Positions 35,601-47,080 of a stretch of DNA of 64,000 nt are shown here, piece by piece; position 1 is the first letter of the stretch, and every line of letters begins with the position of its first letter. Source of the DNA: an uncultured Verrucomicrobiae bacterium (GTDB lineage: Bacteria; Verrucomicrobiota; Verrucomicrobiia; Limisphaerales; JAFGQR01). The notes beneath the pieces were generated by a model, which ran no database searches, had not been told where the DNA came from, and was given only the letters and a program-made list of their open reading frames with translations. The stretch is taken from contig CAWBHS010000003.1 in assembly GCA_963788655.1 (NCBI GenBank), forward strand, positions 1 through 64,000, written 5' to 3'. A program made the translations under genes and the position numbers.

Positions 35601-36596
35601 GGGCAAGAGATCAGTCTTTTGCATCCCCCTCACCCGCCCTCCGGGCACCCTCCCCACGAATCGCGCAGCAGCGGACGTGAGTCCGCTTTATCTGAATACG
35701 AAAAGAGTCAGAGCGGACTCACGTCCGCTGCTACAAAGGTTCAGGGGTTCAAAGCACGGAGTTCTTCGGAGAATGCTCTTCCCCAAGGTGGGGGAGAGGG
35801 ATGCGGTGAGGGGGACTACGTCAATTCCACGTCATGCGAATCGCCAAGCCAGCAGACACGGAGTCTTGAGTCTCTGGAACGCCGAATCCAGTGGCAATAT
35901 CCCCATTCCGCAGCCACCGCCGAACCCGCCAAGCGCAGTGTCACCGCGCTCGTGCGCAGTCGCGTGGAAGCCGACGAAGAAGCGTTCCCCTGGGCGGGCT
36001 GGACTCGACCATCGAAACCAAGCCACCCGCCGGCGAAGGCCAGGAAACCGGCCAGCCAATTGTCGGCAGCGGAGATTGGCATTGCTCACCACACTTTTCT
36101 TCAAGGCGTTGGTTTGGGCCATGTCGGAAACGCGTCCAGCCTGCGCGCCGAAGCGGAGTCCATGCGAGCCACCGGTGTGTTGTCCATTGAACAAGTAGCG
36201 GCCTTGGATTTCGAGGCCCTGTCACAGTTCTGGCAGTCGGAAGTCGGGCAGCAGATTGTCACTGCGGCGGCGCACGTGCGGCGGGAGATACCGTTCACCG
36301 CGCGCATGACGGCTGCCGATTTGGCGACAGCCGGAGTGCGTTTGGCGGCCGAGTTGCCCCCGGACGATTTTGTGGTGGTGCAAGGCGTCGCCGACCTGGT
36401 GGTCTTTCAGCCGGAGGAGTTGTGGCTGCTGGATTTCAAAACGGACACCCTGGCCGCGGAAAGATTGGCGGACAAGGTCCGCTTCTATAGTCCGCAACTG
36501 CGGCTCTACGCGCTGGCCTTGGCACGAATTTATCATCGCCCGGTAACCCGACGCTGGCTGCATTTCCTGTCGCTGGACGCCACCGAAGTTGTTTAA
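32652..36596 (+). CDS. addA: ATP-dependent helicase/nuclease subunit A (AddA/RexA)
   Basis: AGAGAGKTST, TFTEAAA, VDEYQD, VGDVKQCIYRFR, TIHKSKGLE, YVAVTRA; C-terminal nuclease QGVADL...LDFKT...QLRLYA. Confidence 0.93.
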   Translation: MNTFTPSQQQAITARGNVLVIAGAGAGKTSTLVERCLAALLDPAHPVSLDEILMVTFTEAAAAEMKHRIRERLLHAQAGLHADSAKARERLEEQLALLDTAAIGTLHGFCLRLVREHFHELALDPQLLVLPEEQVHLLREETLDAILQAHFAGATPHGAAVQQLIEVQGRGREEVIRALVLKLHTYTQTLADPRGWMAEQLAQYRQANPAAWRAWLLDGFHHWRELWLPELETQPVENQKAHTLARQLRDLDPAADRPAVAAVLAKIVAADGDWPRGTKGKFRGPIENFYDEAAFLHSLTTVNDGHDPLAEDWDWTRGHIETLLTLTREFTTVFAAAKREQAAVDFQDLEQFALQLLWDPAAGRPTLLAEELRGRFKLVFVDEYQDINAAQDQIITALGGEGAAANRFLVGDVKQCIYRFRLSDPRIFQNYRRGWSAEEAAGKVLGLADNFRSRELLLRFINPLFAELMRAGLGGVDYTDAEHLQFGAPDQRGELAAGADATPCVEVHLRLTGNESEAESNGDEPPANSQAPDVAELTQAEQEARIIAQRLRELVTTGHRVWDKDEGAWRAVRYGDMAVLLRALSAKAEVYAREFHRQGVPLQVARGDFYESTEITDLLSLLQLLDNPLQDFPLLTVLRSPLVGLSLDDLASIRLVVRKAPLWTALNRWHQTNNGVAGTEAHDSVVGAEPAIRTDTFTAWQKVDTFLERFARWRRLGRDTSLSQRLETVLAETLYSDWLLTQPRGLQRVANVKRLLTLAQQFDPLQRQGLARFLRFVEAQQEAIVTSEPVVTAGTDAVRLTTIHKSKGLEYPVVVLADLGKRFNLRDLSGRILLDEEYGLCPQVQPPQTGRYYPSLPYWLAKRRQRNEALGEELRLLYVAVTRARDLLLLTGTVSQSAAAKWSAQSSRPCERELVAAGSYLHWLGPWWTRQIGDSEWTAHAEGQTDLFRWRIHGEEVGGAEDVVVSSALATKPDSRGKVLATDGQEISLLHPPHPPSGHPPHESRSSGRESALSEYEKSQSGLTSAATKVQGFKARSSSENALPQGGGEGCGEGDYVNSTSCESPSQQTRSLESLERRIQWQYPHSAATAEPAKRSVTALVRSRVEADEEAFPWAGWTRPSKPSHPPAKARKPASQLSAAEIGIAHHTFLQGVGLGHVGNASSLRAEAESMRATGVLSIEQVAALDFEALSQFWQSEVGQQIVTAAAHVRREIPFTARMTAADLATAGVRLAAELPPDDFVVVQGVADLVVFQPEELWLLDFKTDTLAAERLADKVRFYSPQLRLYALALARIYHRPVTRRWLHFLSLDATEVV
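35625..35814. repeat. Nested REP insertion inside addA (in frame)
   Basis: Outer CCCCCTCACCCG.../...CGGTGAGGGGG arms; inner inverted pair GCAGCAGCGGACGTGAGTCCGCT 35665-35687 / AGCGGACTCACGTCCGCTGCTAC 35712-35734 (same family at ~53098). Confidence 0.85.
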
Positions 36597-36621
36597 CTGT
36601 CCGCGCAATCCACTGAACGAA

Positions 36622-37542
36622 ATGGCACAGCTATTCCTGGGAATCGAGATTGGCGGCACCAAGCTGCAAATGGTCGGCGGCGAGGCCAACGGCACCATCG
36701 TCGAGCGACGCCGTTACGCCGTGGAACCGAAACAAGGCGGGGCGGGGATCCGTGCCTGCATTGAATTGGCTATCGAGAATCTGCTGGAGAACTTCAAGCT
36801 GGCTGCCATTTCCGTGGGCTTTGGCGGGCCAGTTGATCGGTGCGGCGGGCGTATCGCACGGTCCCACCAGATCGAAGGCTGGTCGGACTATCCCTTGCGC
36901 GACTGGTTGAGCCGGCTGACGAGTCTTCCCGTGCTCGTCGAGAACGATGCCAACATGGCCGCGCTGGGCGAAGCCACGTGCGGGGCGGGCCAGGGATCGA
37001 ATCCCGTTTTTTACACGACGCTCGGCAGTGGTGTCGGGGGCGGCGTGGTCGTTGATGGCCGGATTTACCACGGCGCGGCGCCGGGCGAAGTCGAGATCGG
37101 GCATGTGCGTTTGGACCGGCAGGGAACCACGGTCGAATCACGATGTTCCGGTTGGGCCGTGGACAAAAAGATTCGCCAACTCATCGCGTCCGGCGGCACG
37201 GGCAAACTGTGCGAACTGGCCGCGTCAGCCAACGGCGGCGAAGCCCGATTCCTCGGACAGGCGCTGGCGGCTAATGATCCCGCTGCACAACGTGTGCTCG
37301 AGGAAACTGCGGCCGACCTGGCTTTTGGCCTATCGCACGTCGTGCATCTCTTTCATCCGCAGGTCATCGTGTTAGGCGGCGGTTTGTCGCTGGTCGGCGA
37401 ACCGCTTCGTGCCGCGGTGGCCGCGGCGCTGCCCAGCCTGGTCATGGAGGTGTTTCAACCGGGGCCGGAAGTCCGGCTGGCCGGCTTGGGCGAGGACGCA
37501 GTGCCGGTGGGCTGCCTGGTGGCGGCGGGACACCCGGGATAA
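36622..37542 (+). CDS. ROK family sugar kinase (glucokinase-like)
   Basis: GIEIGGTK, VENDANMAALGE, TLGSGVGGG, GEVEIGH, VLGGG. Confidence 0.9.
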   Translation: MAQLFLGIEIGGTKLQMVGGEANGTIVERRRYAVEPKQGGAGIRACIELAIENLLENFKLAAISVGFGGPVDRCGGRIARSHQIEGWSDYPLRDWLSRLTSLPVLVENDANMAALGEATCGAGQGSNPVFYTTLGSGVGGGVVVDGRIYHGAAPGEVEIGHVRLDRQGTTVESRCSGWAVDKKIRQLIASGGTGKLCELAASANGGEARFLGQALAANDPAAQRVLEETAADLAFGLSHVVHLFHPQVIVLGGGLSLVGEPLRAAVAAALPSLVMEVFQPGPEVRLAGLGEDAVPVGCLVAAGHPG

Positions 37543-37774
37543 GGCTGAAATTCGATAGAAATCCCGTGCCGCCAAACGCACCGAGCGACCCCATAATCAT
37601 TTCGACCATCCGGAGGCAGAATTCGGAACCCACGTGGCGGTTGCTTCCGTCTGGCCTGCGCACTGCGGATTGCCGGGGGTCGGCTCTTCTGGCGATGGAA
37701 AAGCCTTCCCCACGCTGTGGGTCGCAAAGCCAACCCTCCAGTTGCGATTCAGTTCATCCGCGAAATGAGTCGAG

Positions 37775-38052
37775 TACTCCCCAGACCGTGGGATCGAATA
37801 CAGTTCGCGGAGAGCCGTTTTGCCCTGGGGCTAGGCGCGTGCGAGGGAGTGTATCCGCAGCGATACTCGACCGAGCGTGCAACGAAGCCCCAGCGCAAAA
37901 CAGCCTCGGCCCGGAGGGTTGCGGCGATTTTGGCTTGGGGCCTTGTTGCTCGTCGGGTCATAGAGCGCTGCGGCTATACTCCCCTTCTCGCGCCTAGCCC
38001 CAAGCCAAAATCGCCGCAACAAACTATGTTCTATCCCACGGTCTGGGGAGTA
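37775..38052. mobile_element. MITE-like non-autonomous element (~278 bp) with 31-bp terminal inverted repeats
   Basis: Left TACTCCCCAGACCGTGGGATCGAATACAGTT vs reverse complement of right end TACTCCCCAGACCGTGGGATAGAACATAGTT (3 mismatches); long internal imperfect inverted repeat; no transposase. Confidence 0.8.
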
Positions 38053-38125
38053 AATCCGCCTTGCCGTTTCGTCGGCGCATTTACGGACTTGCGTCATAAA
38101 GGACGGTTACCGAGGATGCGGGTCC

Positions 38126-39133
38126 ATGAACACGATATTACGCAGGAGCTTCATTGGAACCACGGCCGGAGCCATGAGCATTGGTTCGCTCGCCTCGCTC
38201 AGCGCGGCGGAACTGACCTCAACTGCCACTGCGGCTGAGACTTCGCCGGAGCCGAAGAAACCCAAGGACATCCGGGTCGGTATGTTGACGGCGCCGCTCC
38301 GCAACCTGCAATTGGAAGCAGTCCTCGATATGGCCAAGCACTGCCATGTTGCCGCGCTGGAGATCGTGACCGAGCCGGGGCACCCACACCTTGACCCAAT
38401 GACGCTGGGCCCGAAACAAGTCGAATCCATCAAGCAGATGCTCGGCGAACATGGCCTGGAAATCAGCAGCTTGTCCAGCTTCGCGAACATCACCGCTCCC
38501 GGAAAGTCCGGAGCAGTGCAACAGGTGATAATTAAGACCGTTGATGCAGCGGCCCGATTGGGGGTGCCGACAGTTTGCATGAACCTCGGGACTCCGGTTC
38601 AGGGGATGAGCAAGGTTGACACGATCAAGAATGTGATTCCCGGGCTCTTTCGCCCCATCATCGACCATGCCAAGGACCAAGGGATCAAGGTCGCCATCGA
38701 GAACTGGTTTGAAACCTGCCTTCAGGGGCTGGACACGTTTGACTGCCTGATGGAAACGATCCCCGACGCGAATTTCGGCCTGAATTACGATCCCTCTCAC
38801 TTGGTCTTTCAGCAGTGCGACTACACGGTGCCCATCACGAAGTTCGGCAAACGGATATTCCACACTCACGCAAAGGACTGTCTGGTGGACGAGCACCAGC
38901 GGGCCTACTATGGCGTGCTGGGAGGCAAGTGGTATGTGGGGGCTGAGGGAGGTGGTTGGTGGCGATATGTCATTCCCGGTTTTGGCGACATTAACTGGGG
39001 TACGTACATCGGCCACCTGCGTGAGGCCGGCTACAAGGGAGTGCTCAGCATCGAGCACGAAGATAGCACGTTTAGCCCGGAAGAAGGCTTCCGGCAGGGA
39101 GCACACTATCTGAATCAATTCTGCAACGCATAG
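38126..39133 (+). CDS. Sugar phosphate isomerase/epimerase (xylose-isomerase-like TIM barrel) with probable Tat signal
   Basis: LRRSFIG signal; AIEN, GLNYDPSHL, HTHAKD, PGFGDINW, LSIEHED metal-binding motifs. Confidence 0.88.
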   Translation: MNTILRRSFIGTTAGAMSIGSLASLSAAELTSTATAAETSPEPKKPKDIRVGMLTAPLRNLQLEAVLDMAKHCHVAALEIVTEPGHPHLDPMTLGPKQVESIKQMLGEHGLEISSLSSFANITAPGKSGAVQQVIIKTVDAAARLGVPTVCMNLGTPVQGMSKVDTIKNVIPGLFRPIIDHAKDQGIKVAIENWFETCLQGLDTFDCLMETIPDANFGLNYDPSHLVFQQCDYTVPITKFGKRIFHTHAKDCLVDEHQRAYYGVLGGKWYVGAEGGGWWRYVIPGFGDINWGTYIGHLREAGYKGVLSIEHEDSTFSPEEGFRQGAHYLNQFCNA

Positions 39134-39258
39134 ATTGGGCGCGGTGTTGGGCCAAGGTGAATGGGGCGCATCGCCATACTTCCTCGTCCGGGAATAAGCC
39201 GGAACTGCTAAGCCGTATCAATTCAGTGGCTGGTGCTGCGATGAGGCTGCTCGGCGTG

Positions 39259-39496
39259 GTAGGACAGGCGTCACGTCTGACTCGAATAGCCCAAGGCATC
39301 CTCACCGTTTGGTGACATAGAAATACTCGCGGCGCCGTGATACAAGTTTTTGGTTTGCACTCGTTCGGGACAGGCGGGACGCCGGTCCTACTGAATATAG
39401 TCACGGTTAAGAGGGGGAGTGTCCTTTACCGCAACACGAAGCCAAGGATGCAAAATCCGCGCAAACGATAGGGCAGCGCAGCAACGCTGCCCAACG
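39259..39496. repeat. REP pair and single REP between convergent genes
   Basis: GTAGGACAGGCGTCACGTCTGAC ~39259 / GGGACAGGCGGGACGCCGGTCCTAC ~39367-39391; GGGCAGCGCAGCAACGCTGCCC ~39471-39492. Confidence 0.75.
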
Positions 39497-39516
39497 ACGA
39501 AAGAAGCAGTTTCAAG

Positions 39517-40275
39517 TCAGCTCAAGTCCCGGAGCAATTGTTTCAAATCGAAGTAGCGGCCGGGACAGCGCGTTCCAATCGGATTGATTTGTTGATGCGT
39601 CTTGATGGCGCTGAGTCTCAAATTGCAGCGTTGACGCAGGGCCTGGATCAGGGCTTCCAAACTGGCCAGTTGCTTGCGCGTCGGACGCGTTTTGTCGAAA
39701 TGGCCGACCAGACAAATGCCAATGCTGACGCGGTTGAGCGAAACGCTCGCCAAATGACCGCCGTCCAACTGTTTGGTCCAGCGGGCGCCCACGGCGACCT
39801 CCCCGTCGCCCATGCCATCGCCATTGCCAATCACGAAATGGTAGGCGAGGCCGTTCTTCATGTGCCGGGTGTTGCGATGGTACTCGTCCATGCCTGAAAC
39901 CGTGCCACACGAAGTCGCGCTGTGATGGACGACGATGTATTTCCAGCGCCCGCGGCGCACCCGCGCTTTCTTGATGGCGGCGCGGACGGGGGCGCTCAAC
40001 GTAGGCGGACGGCCAGAGGATTTTTTCGCGGGAATGACCAGGCGTTGGCCGGGATAAATCGGCTCTTTCAGCGAAAGATCATTGCGCCGCGCCAATTCTC
40101 CGACACTGACGCCGTGTTCCCGAGCGATCAGCGACAGGTTGTCGTGCTTCTTGATCACATAGGTGCCAGCCGCGGCCATTCCGGTGACCGCCCAAACCAA
40201 ACCCACGGCCAAAACCGTCGCCGCCCACCACCGTGGACTCCGTCTGTTAGTCGAACTCAATAGTTTCACTACCAC
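39517..40275 (-). CDS. LysM-domain N-acetylmuramoyl-L-alanine amidase (Amidase_2)
   Basis: Signal peptide, LysM (YVIKKHDNLSLIAREHGVSV...IYPGQRLVIP), IVVHHS, AYHFVI, IGICLVG, H...CPG zinc ligands. Confidence 0.9.
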   Translation of the reverse strand: MVVKLLSSTNRRSPRWWAATVLAVGLVWAVTGMAAAGTYVIKKHDNLSLIAREHGVSVGELARRNDLSLKEPIYPGQRLVIPAKKSSGRPPTLSAPVRAAIKKARVRRGRWKYIVVHHSATSCGTVSGMDEYHRNTRHMKNGLAYHFVIGNGDGMGDGEVAVGARWTKQLDGGHLASVSLNRVSIGICLVGHFDKTRPTRKQLASLEALIQALRQRCNLRLSAIKTHQQINPIGTRCPGRYFDLKQLLRDLS

Positions 40276-40465
40276 CCACCCGTTAGAATACTTACCCCTT
40301 CACTGTCGAGAACTTTTGGGCGAATTCAAACCCCTCCTCACAAACTCACGCGTGGCGGCGCCTGGGAAACGGCGCCAATTTGAATAACAAAAGTTTGCGG
40401 CGCTCTGTTGAAGCGCCGCTACAGTTTAAGGGATAATGCCCGAGACCTTTTCGGGCAAGTTTTGC

Positions 40466-41242
40466 TCAACTCGCCCAACTGCCCAGCACTTCGCGGAGGT
40501 GCCGCATTTCGTCTTCAACCTCCTCGGGTCGTGCAACGGTCCGGGCAATCTCAGCGCGGATTTGCTCACCATAGCGCTGACGCAACCGGTGTACCGCCAC
40601 GGCGACGGCGCCCGTTTTCATGCCGAGTTCGGTGGCGGCGGCCGCGTAATCGCCGGAATCGGCTTGTTCGGACAGATAACCGGCCAGCCGGTCAAAGAGC
40701 GGTCCTTTGCCTTCGGCGACGTATTCCTCGCGCAATTGCGCCCGGCCTTGCTCAATCACCGTCGCCGCCCAGCGGGCCTCGTACACTTTCTCCGGGGTCA
40801 GATCGGACACCGGTTCCTGGAGGTACCGTTCCTCTTTCGATTCATCGTCGTCGAGGGAGAGCAGCGGACGGCCACCGCCGCGTTTGGCCGCGTTATTCCA
40901 GTCGCGTTCGTTGGCCAGAAAATGATTCAGCGCCGCCAGGAGGAAGGAACGGAATTTGCCTTTGCGACGGTCCACCGCGCCCAGATAATTCTTTTCCAGG
41001 ATTTGCAGGAAATAAGCCTGCACCAAATCCTCGGCATCCTGGGCGGAATAGCCGGAACGGCGCACGTAGGCGTACAGCGGGTACCAGTAAGTCTGACAGA
41101 GCCGTTCCAGCGCGGCGCTGGCTTCCGGGGAACCACCTTGGCGCGCCTTCATCAGGTCGGTCCAGCGCGTGGTGCCGAACCAATGCGCCGGCACCGACGA
41201 TCCTTCACGGTGTTTTCGAGGTTCAAGCATAACGTTGTTCAA
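40466..41242 (-). CDS. ECF-type sigma-70 factor (start uncertain, possibly 41230)
   Basis: FGTTRW N-terminal motif, YWYPLYAYVRR, DAEDLVQ, KFRSFL, VAVAVHRLRQRY region 4. Confidence 0.9.
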   Translation of the reverse strand: MNNVMLEPRKHREGSSVPAHWFGTTRWTDLMKARQGGSPEASAALERLCQTYWYPLYAYVRRSGYSAQDAEDLVQAYFLQILEKNYLGAVDRRKGKFRSFLLAALNHFLANERDWNNAAKRGGGRPLLSLDDDESKEERYLQEPVSDLTPEKVYEARWAATVIEQGRAQLREEYVAEGKGPLFDRLAGYLSEQADSGDYAAAATELGMKTGAVAVAVHRLRQRYGEQIRAEIARTVARPEEVEDEMRHLREVLGSWAS

Positions 41243-41292
41243 TTACCGTTATTAACGCACCGATTGGTCAATTCTGCCAGTCTTGATTCCTT

Positions 41293-43362
41293 TCACCGTG
41301 CCGCCAACAGCGCCTGCAACCGCTGCATCTCGGTGTGAATTTCCGCGGCGGAGCGGTAGCGGCGTTGCGGATCGGTCTGACAGGTCTTACCGATGATGCG
41401 GTTGAACTCCATGAGCAGGGCGTAATCGGCGTGTTGATCCAGACCGGTCGGCAGTTCCGGAAACAAATCCGGCTCCCAACCGAAGACGGCTTCGTACATG
41501 ACTTTGCCGAGACTGTACAGATCGGCTGCCGGCGTGCCCGGTCCTTCCGGCGCAATGTAGCCTTCGGTGCCCAGAAAGGTCACCGACTGGCCCGTCACCG
41601 CCATATCGGTCACCAGGCCAATGTCCGCCAACTTGGCAACTCCACTGGCAAAAATGATATTGGAAGGTTTGATGTCGCGATGGATCAACCGTTGTTGGTG
41701 CAGATACTCCAAGGCCGAGGTCAAGGCCAGCAGCGCGGACACACATTCCGCGGGCGAAAGGGTCCGCCGCTTCCTGAGCACGGTCGCCAGCGTTCGCGGC
41801 GAATAGCAGTCGGGGCGAATCTGCGTCCCGTGTTCTTCGTCATCCGCGGGTTCCATGATGCAATAGAAGCAGCCGGCGGCCTCGTTGCGGCCGACGTGCA
41901 ACAAGTGCAACAGGCCGGGATGCTGCAAGGTGATCGGCATGAACTTGCGGATACCATTGAACTCTCGTTCGTAGGGAGTGTCGCGGGCGAACTCGTCGCG
42001 CCGGACGATTTTAACCGCGCGATACAGTCCCACCGCGTTTTGGGCCAGCCACACTTCGCCGTAAGCGCCACGGCCAACCCGGCGCAGCAAAGCATGGTCG
42101 GGAATCGGGATCGCCGAGGAATCCGGCGCGGGGCGGGGAGTCACCGAGGGCGTATCGAGGGCAGTCCCCGGACTCGCGGCGTTGCGGCCGGCGCGGGCCG
42201 CGGTGAGGCTGGATTCGATGACTTTTTCCAAAACTTCTTTTTGCCGGTACAAGCGTTTGGTTTGGGCCAGCACGGACCAGCCCAAAGCCAACGGGATTTC
42301 TGCGCCGACCACGTACAGCCACGGCCACCAGACCCGCGTTTGCCAGAGCAACAGAATGCTCACAATGCTTATACTCACCATCCCCAAAACAGCCAGGCCC
42401 ACAGCGGGCAAAGGCCGAACGATGGCCAGCAAAAAACCGAACAGCGCCCCGCACCCGATGGCAAGCAGTCCAACCCATTCGTAGGACAATTGTGTCAGCC
42501 ATTCATGATGGATCAGGTTCAGAAACGCGGTGGCCATGATTTCCACGCCGGGAAACAAGTTGCCTCTCCAGCGGGAATAGGGCGTTGAATACATGTCAAT
42601 CGGCAAAGCCAGATCAGGCGTGGCCAACCGCCCGCCGACGAACACATATTTATCCCGGAAGAACGCGTGCGGTTGATTGGTGTAAGCCGCGTAGCTTAAA
42701 TTGGGAATCGTGTTTGCCGGGCCATAGTAATTGAGCCAATGACTGTCCAAATCTTGCGGCCTGACGTTGGGAGGTACCAGGCCGGCAATCCGGGCGGCCA
42801 CCAGCGGCAACCCGGGCGTCTGCTCGTTGCCGGGGTAATACTGGCGAATGATACTTTGTTGGTCGCCTTGGACCAATGCCGGGCCCCACGCCCGAGCCGC
42901 ATTCAGGAAATTCTTAGGCGGTAAGGTCGATTCGACGAGAATTCCAGGCGAGTGATTCTTCTGTCTCATGGCACCCAGAACCGCTTTGCCATATTCGCGC
43001 ATCGCTTGAGCAAATTCCTGATCGCCGGGCTGGGGCTGATTATCAAAATAGATATCGAAGACGACCAGCTTGGCCCCGTCGGCCTTCATGCGCTTCAACA
43101 ATTGGGCGTGCCAAGCGCGATCCCAATTGCTGGGTTTTCTACCGAAACGGGCAATTGCCGTTTCATCCATGTAAACAATAAAAACATCTGCCAAGGTTGT
43201 TTGTGGCTGAAAAATAAAGCCCAAATCATAGCTCCAATTCGCCAAGCCCGCGCCCAGCCGCGGGTAAAACCACAGCAAAAAGGCCAATCCCGCGCTCAGC
43301 AACGCACCCGTCACGCCGCTGCGCCAATTCTCGCTTATGGTGGTTTTGAGCTTCACTGCCAA
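41293..43362 (-). CDS. CHASE2-domain membrane Ser/Thr protein kinase
   Basis: CHASE2 (WDRAWHAQLL, VVFDIYF, WLNYYG, FPGVEIMA), three TM helices, kinase motifs GRGAYGEV, AVK, HRDIKPSN, DIG, GTEGYIAPE. Confidence 0.92.
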   Translation of the reverse strand: MAVKLKTTISENWRSGVTGALLSAGLAFLLWFYPRLGAGLANWSYDLGFIFQPQTTLADVFIVYMDETAIARFGRKPSNWDRAWHAQLLKRMKADGAKLVVFDIYFDNQPQPGDQEFAQAMREYGKAVLGAMRQKNHSPGILVESTLPPKNFLNAARAWGPALVQGDQQSIIRQYYPGNEQTPGLPLVAARIAGLVPPNVRPQDLDSHWLNYYGPANTIPNLSYAAYTNQPHAFFRDKYVFVGGRLATPDLALPIDMYSTPYSRWRGNLFPGVEIMATAFLNLIHHEWLTQLSYEWVGLLAIGCGALFGFLLAIVRPLPAVGLAVLGMVSISIVSILLLWQTRVWWPWLYVVGAEIPLALGWSVLAQTKRLYRQKEVLEKVIESSLTAARAGRNAASPGTALDTPSVTPRPAPDSSAIPIPDHALLRRVGRGAYGEVWLAQNAVGLYRAVKIVRRDEFARDTPYEREFNGIRKFMPITLQHPGLLHLLHVGRNEAAGCFYCIMEPADDEEHGTQIRPDCYSPRTLATVLRKRRTLSPAECVSALLALTSALEYLHQQRLIHRDIKPSNIIFASGVAKLADIGLVTDMAVTGQSVTFLGTEGYIAPEGPGTPAADLYSLGKVMYEAVFGWEPDLFPELPTGLDQHADYALLMEFNRIIGKTCQTDPQRRYRSAAEIHTEMQRLQALLAAR

Positions 43363-43569
43363 CTGACGGGAAAGGTAGAAGAATCATCCGCCGGGAGAAA
43401 GCCTGAAAGTGCTGGTCGGTCCAACGGCCGCGCCGCCCTGAATTGTTGGCGCGGGCGCGCGCCGAGGGTAATCGGAATCTGCATCAATCCATTGGGCGTA
43501 CCAAAAAGTTCCGCTGGCATTGCGCGTTCCGCTTTGCCTATGCTCCCCGCCCTGATTAGTATTGTCACG

Positions 43570-46343
<2,774 letters not shown>

Positions 46344-46359
46344 ATTGGCCATCGCGACC

Positions 46360-46773
46360 ATGGCCGCAATCACCTACCAACTCGGCAACGAACTGGACCT
46401 GGACGCGGTCATTGACCTGTATCGCGACTCAACCCTCGGCGAGCGTCGCCCCATTGACGACCGCGACCGGATGGCGCGCATGCTTCGCCAGGCGAACCTC
46501 GTGGTAACCGCATGGGATGGACCGCTGCTGGTGGGCATTGCGCGCAGCGTGAGTGATTTCACGTATTGCACGTATCTGTCCGACCTTGCCGTGCGTCTCG
46601 CGCACCAACACCAAGGCATTGGCCGCGAACTCGTGCGTCAAACCCAACAAGCCGGCGGCCAAGCCCGCATCATCCTCCTCGCCGCCCCGAAAGCGGAAGC
46701 TTACTACCCGCGCCTTGGTTTTACGCATCATCCACAGGCGTGGGTGCTGGACCCTGACGACATACTTCAGTAG
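46360..46773 (+). CDS. GNAT family N-acetyltransferase
   Basis: LVGIAR, YLSDLAV...QHQGIGREL, AYYPRLGF. Confidence 0.9.
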   Translation: MAAITYQLGNELDLDAVIDLYRDSTLGERRPIDDRDRMARMLRQANLVVTAWDGPLLVGIARSVSDFTYCTYLSDLAVRLAHQHQGIGRELVRQTQQAGGQARIILLAAPKAEAYYPRLGFTHHPQAWVLDPDDILQ

Positions 46774-47047
46774 GACAGTGCGTCCCGCCTGTCCCGAATG
46801 TCGAAATGGTGTCCGTCCACGCAGGGAACTACCCAAGATTAACAAGCGCCTTCTTTCCGTTCGGGACAGCCGAGACGGCTGTCCTACGTGATAGCGCGAC
46901 CGCACCAGATAGGACGCAGGTAATGTGACCAGTGCCCAATTCCCAATGACCAGAGAAGGTCCAATTTCCAAGCTCCATGCTCCGGTCGAACCGCCGTCCG
47001 CTGGCTGGCTGGTCATTGGTAATATTGGTCATTGGTCCTTGGCCATT
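46770..47047. repeat. REP pair (first copy supplies the GNAT stop codon) plus inverted heptamer (AATGACC/GGTCATT-type) element between convergent genes
   Basis: GTAGGACAGTGCGTCCCGCCTGTCC at 46770 / GGGACAGCCGAGACGGCTGTCCTAC 46863-46887; heptamers at ~46925-46980 mirrored at ~47008-47047. Confidence 0.8.
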
Positions 47048-47080
47048 CCTCCGCGCCCTCAACCGCGCCGTTCTTCTTAT

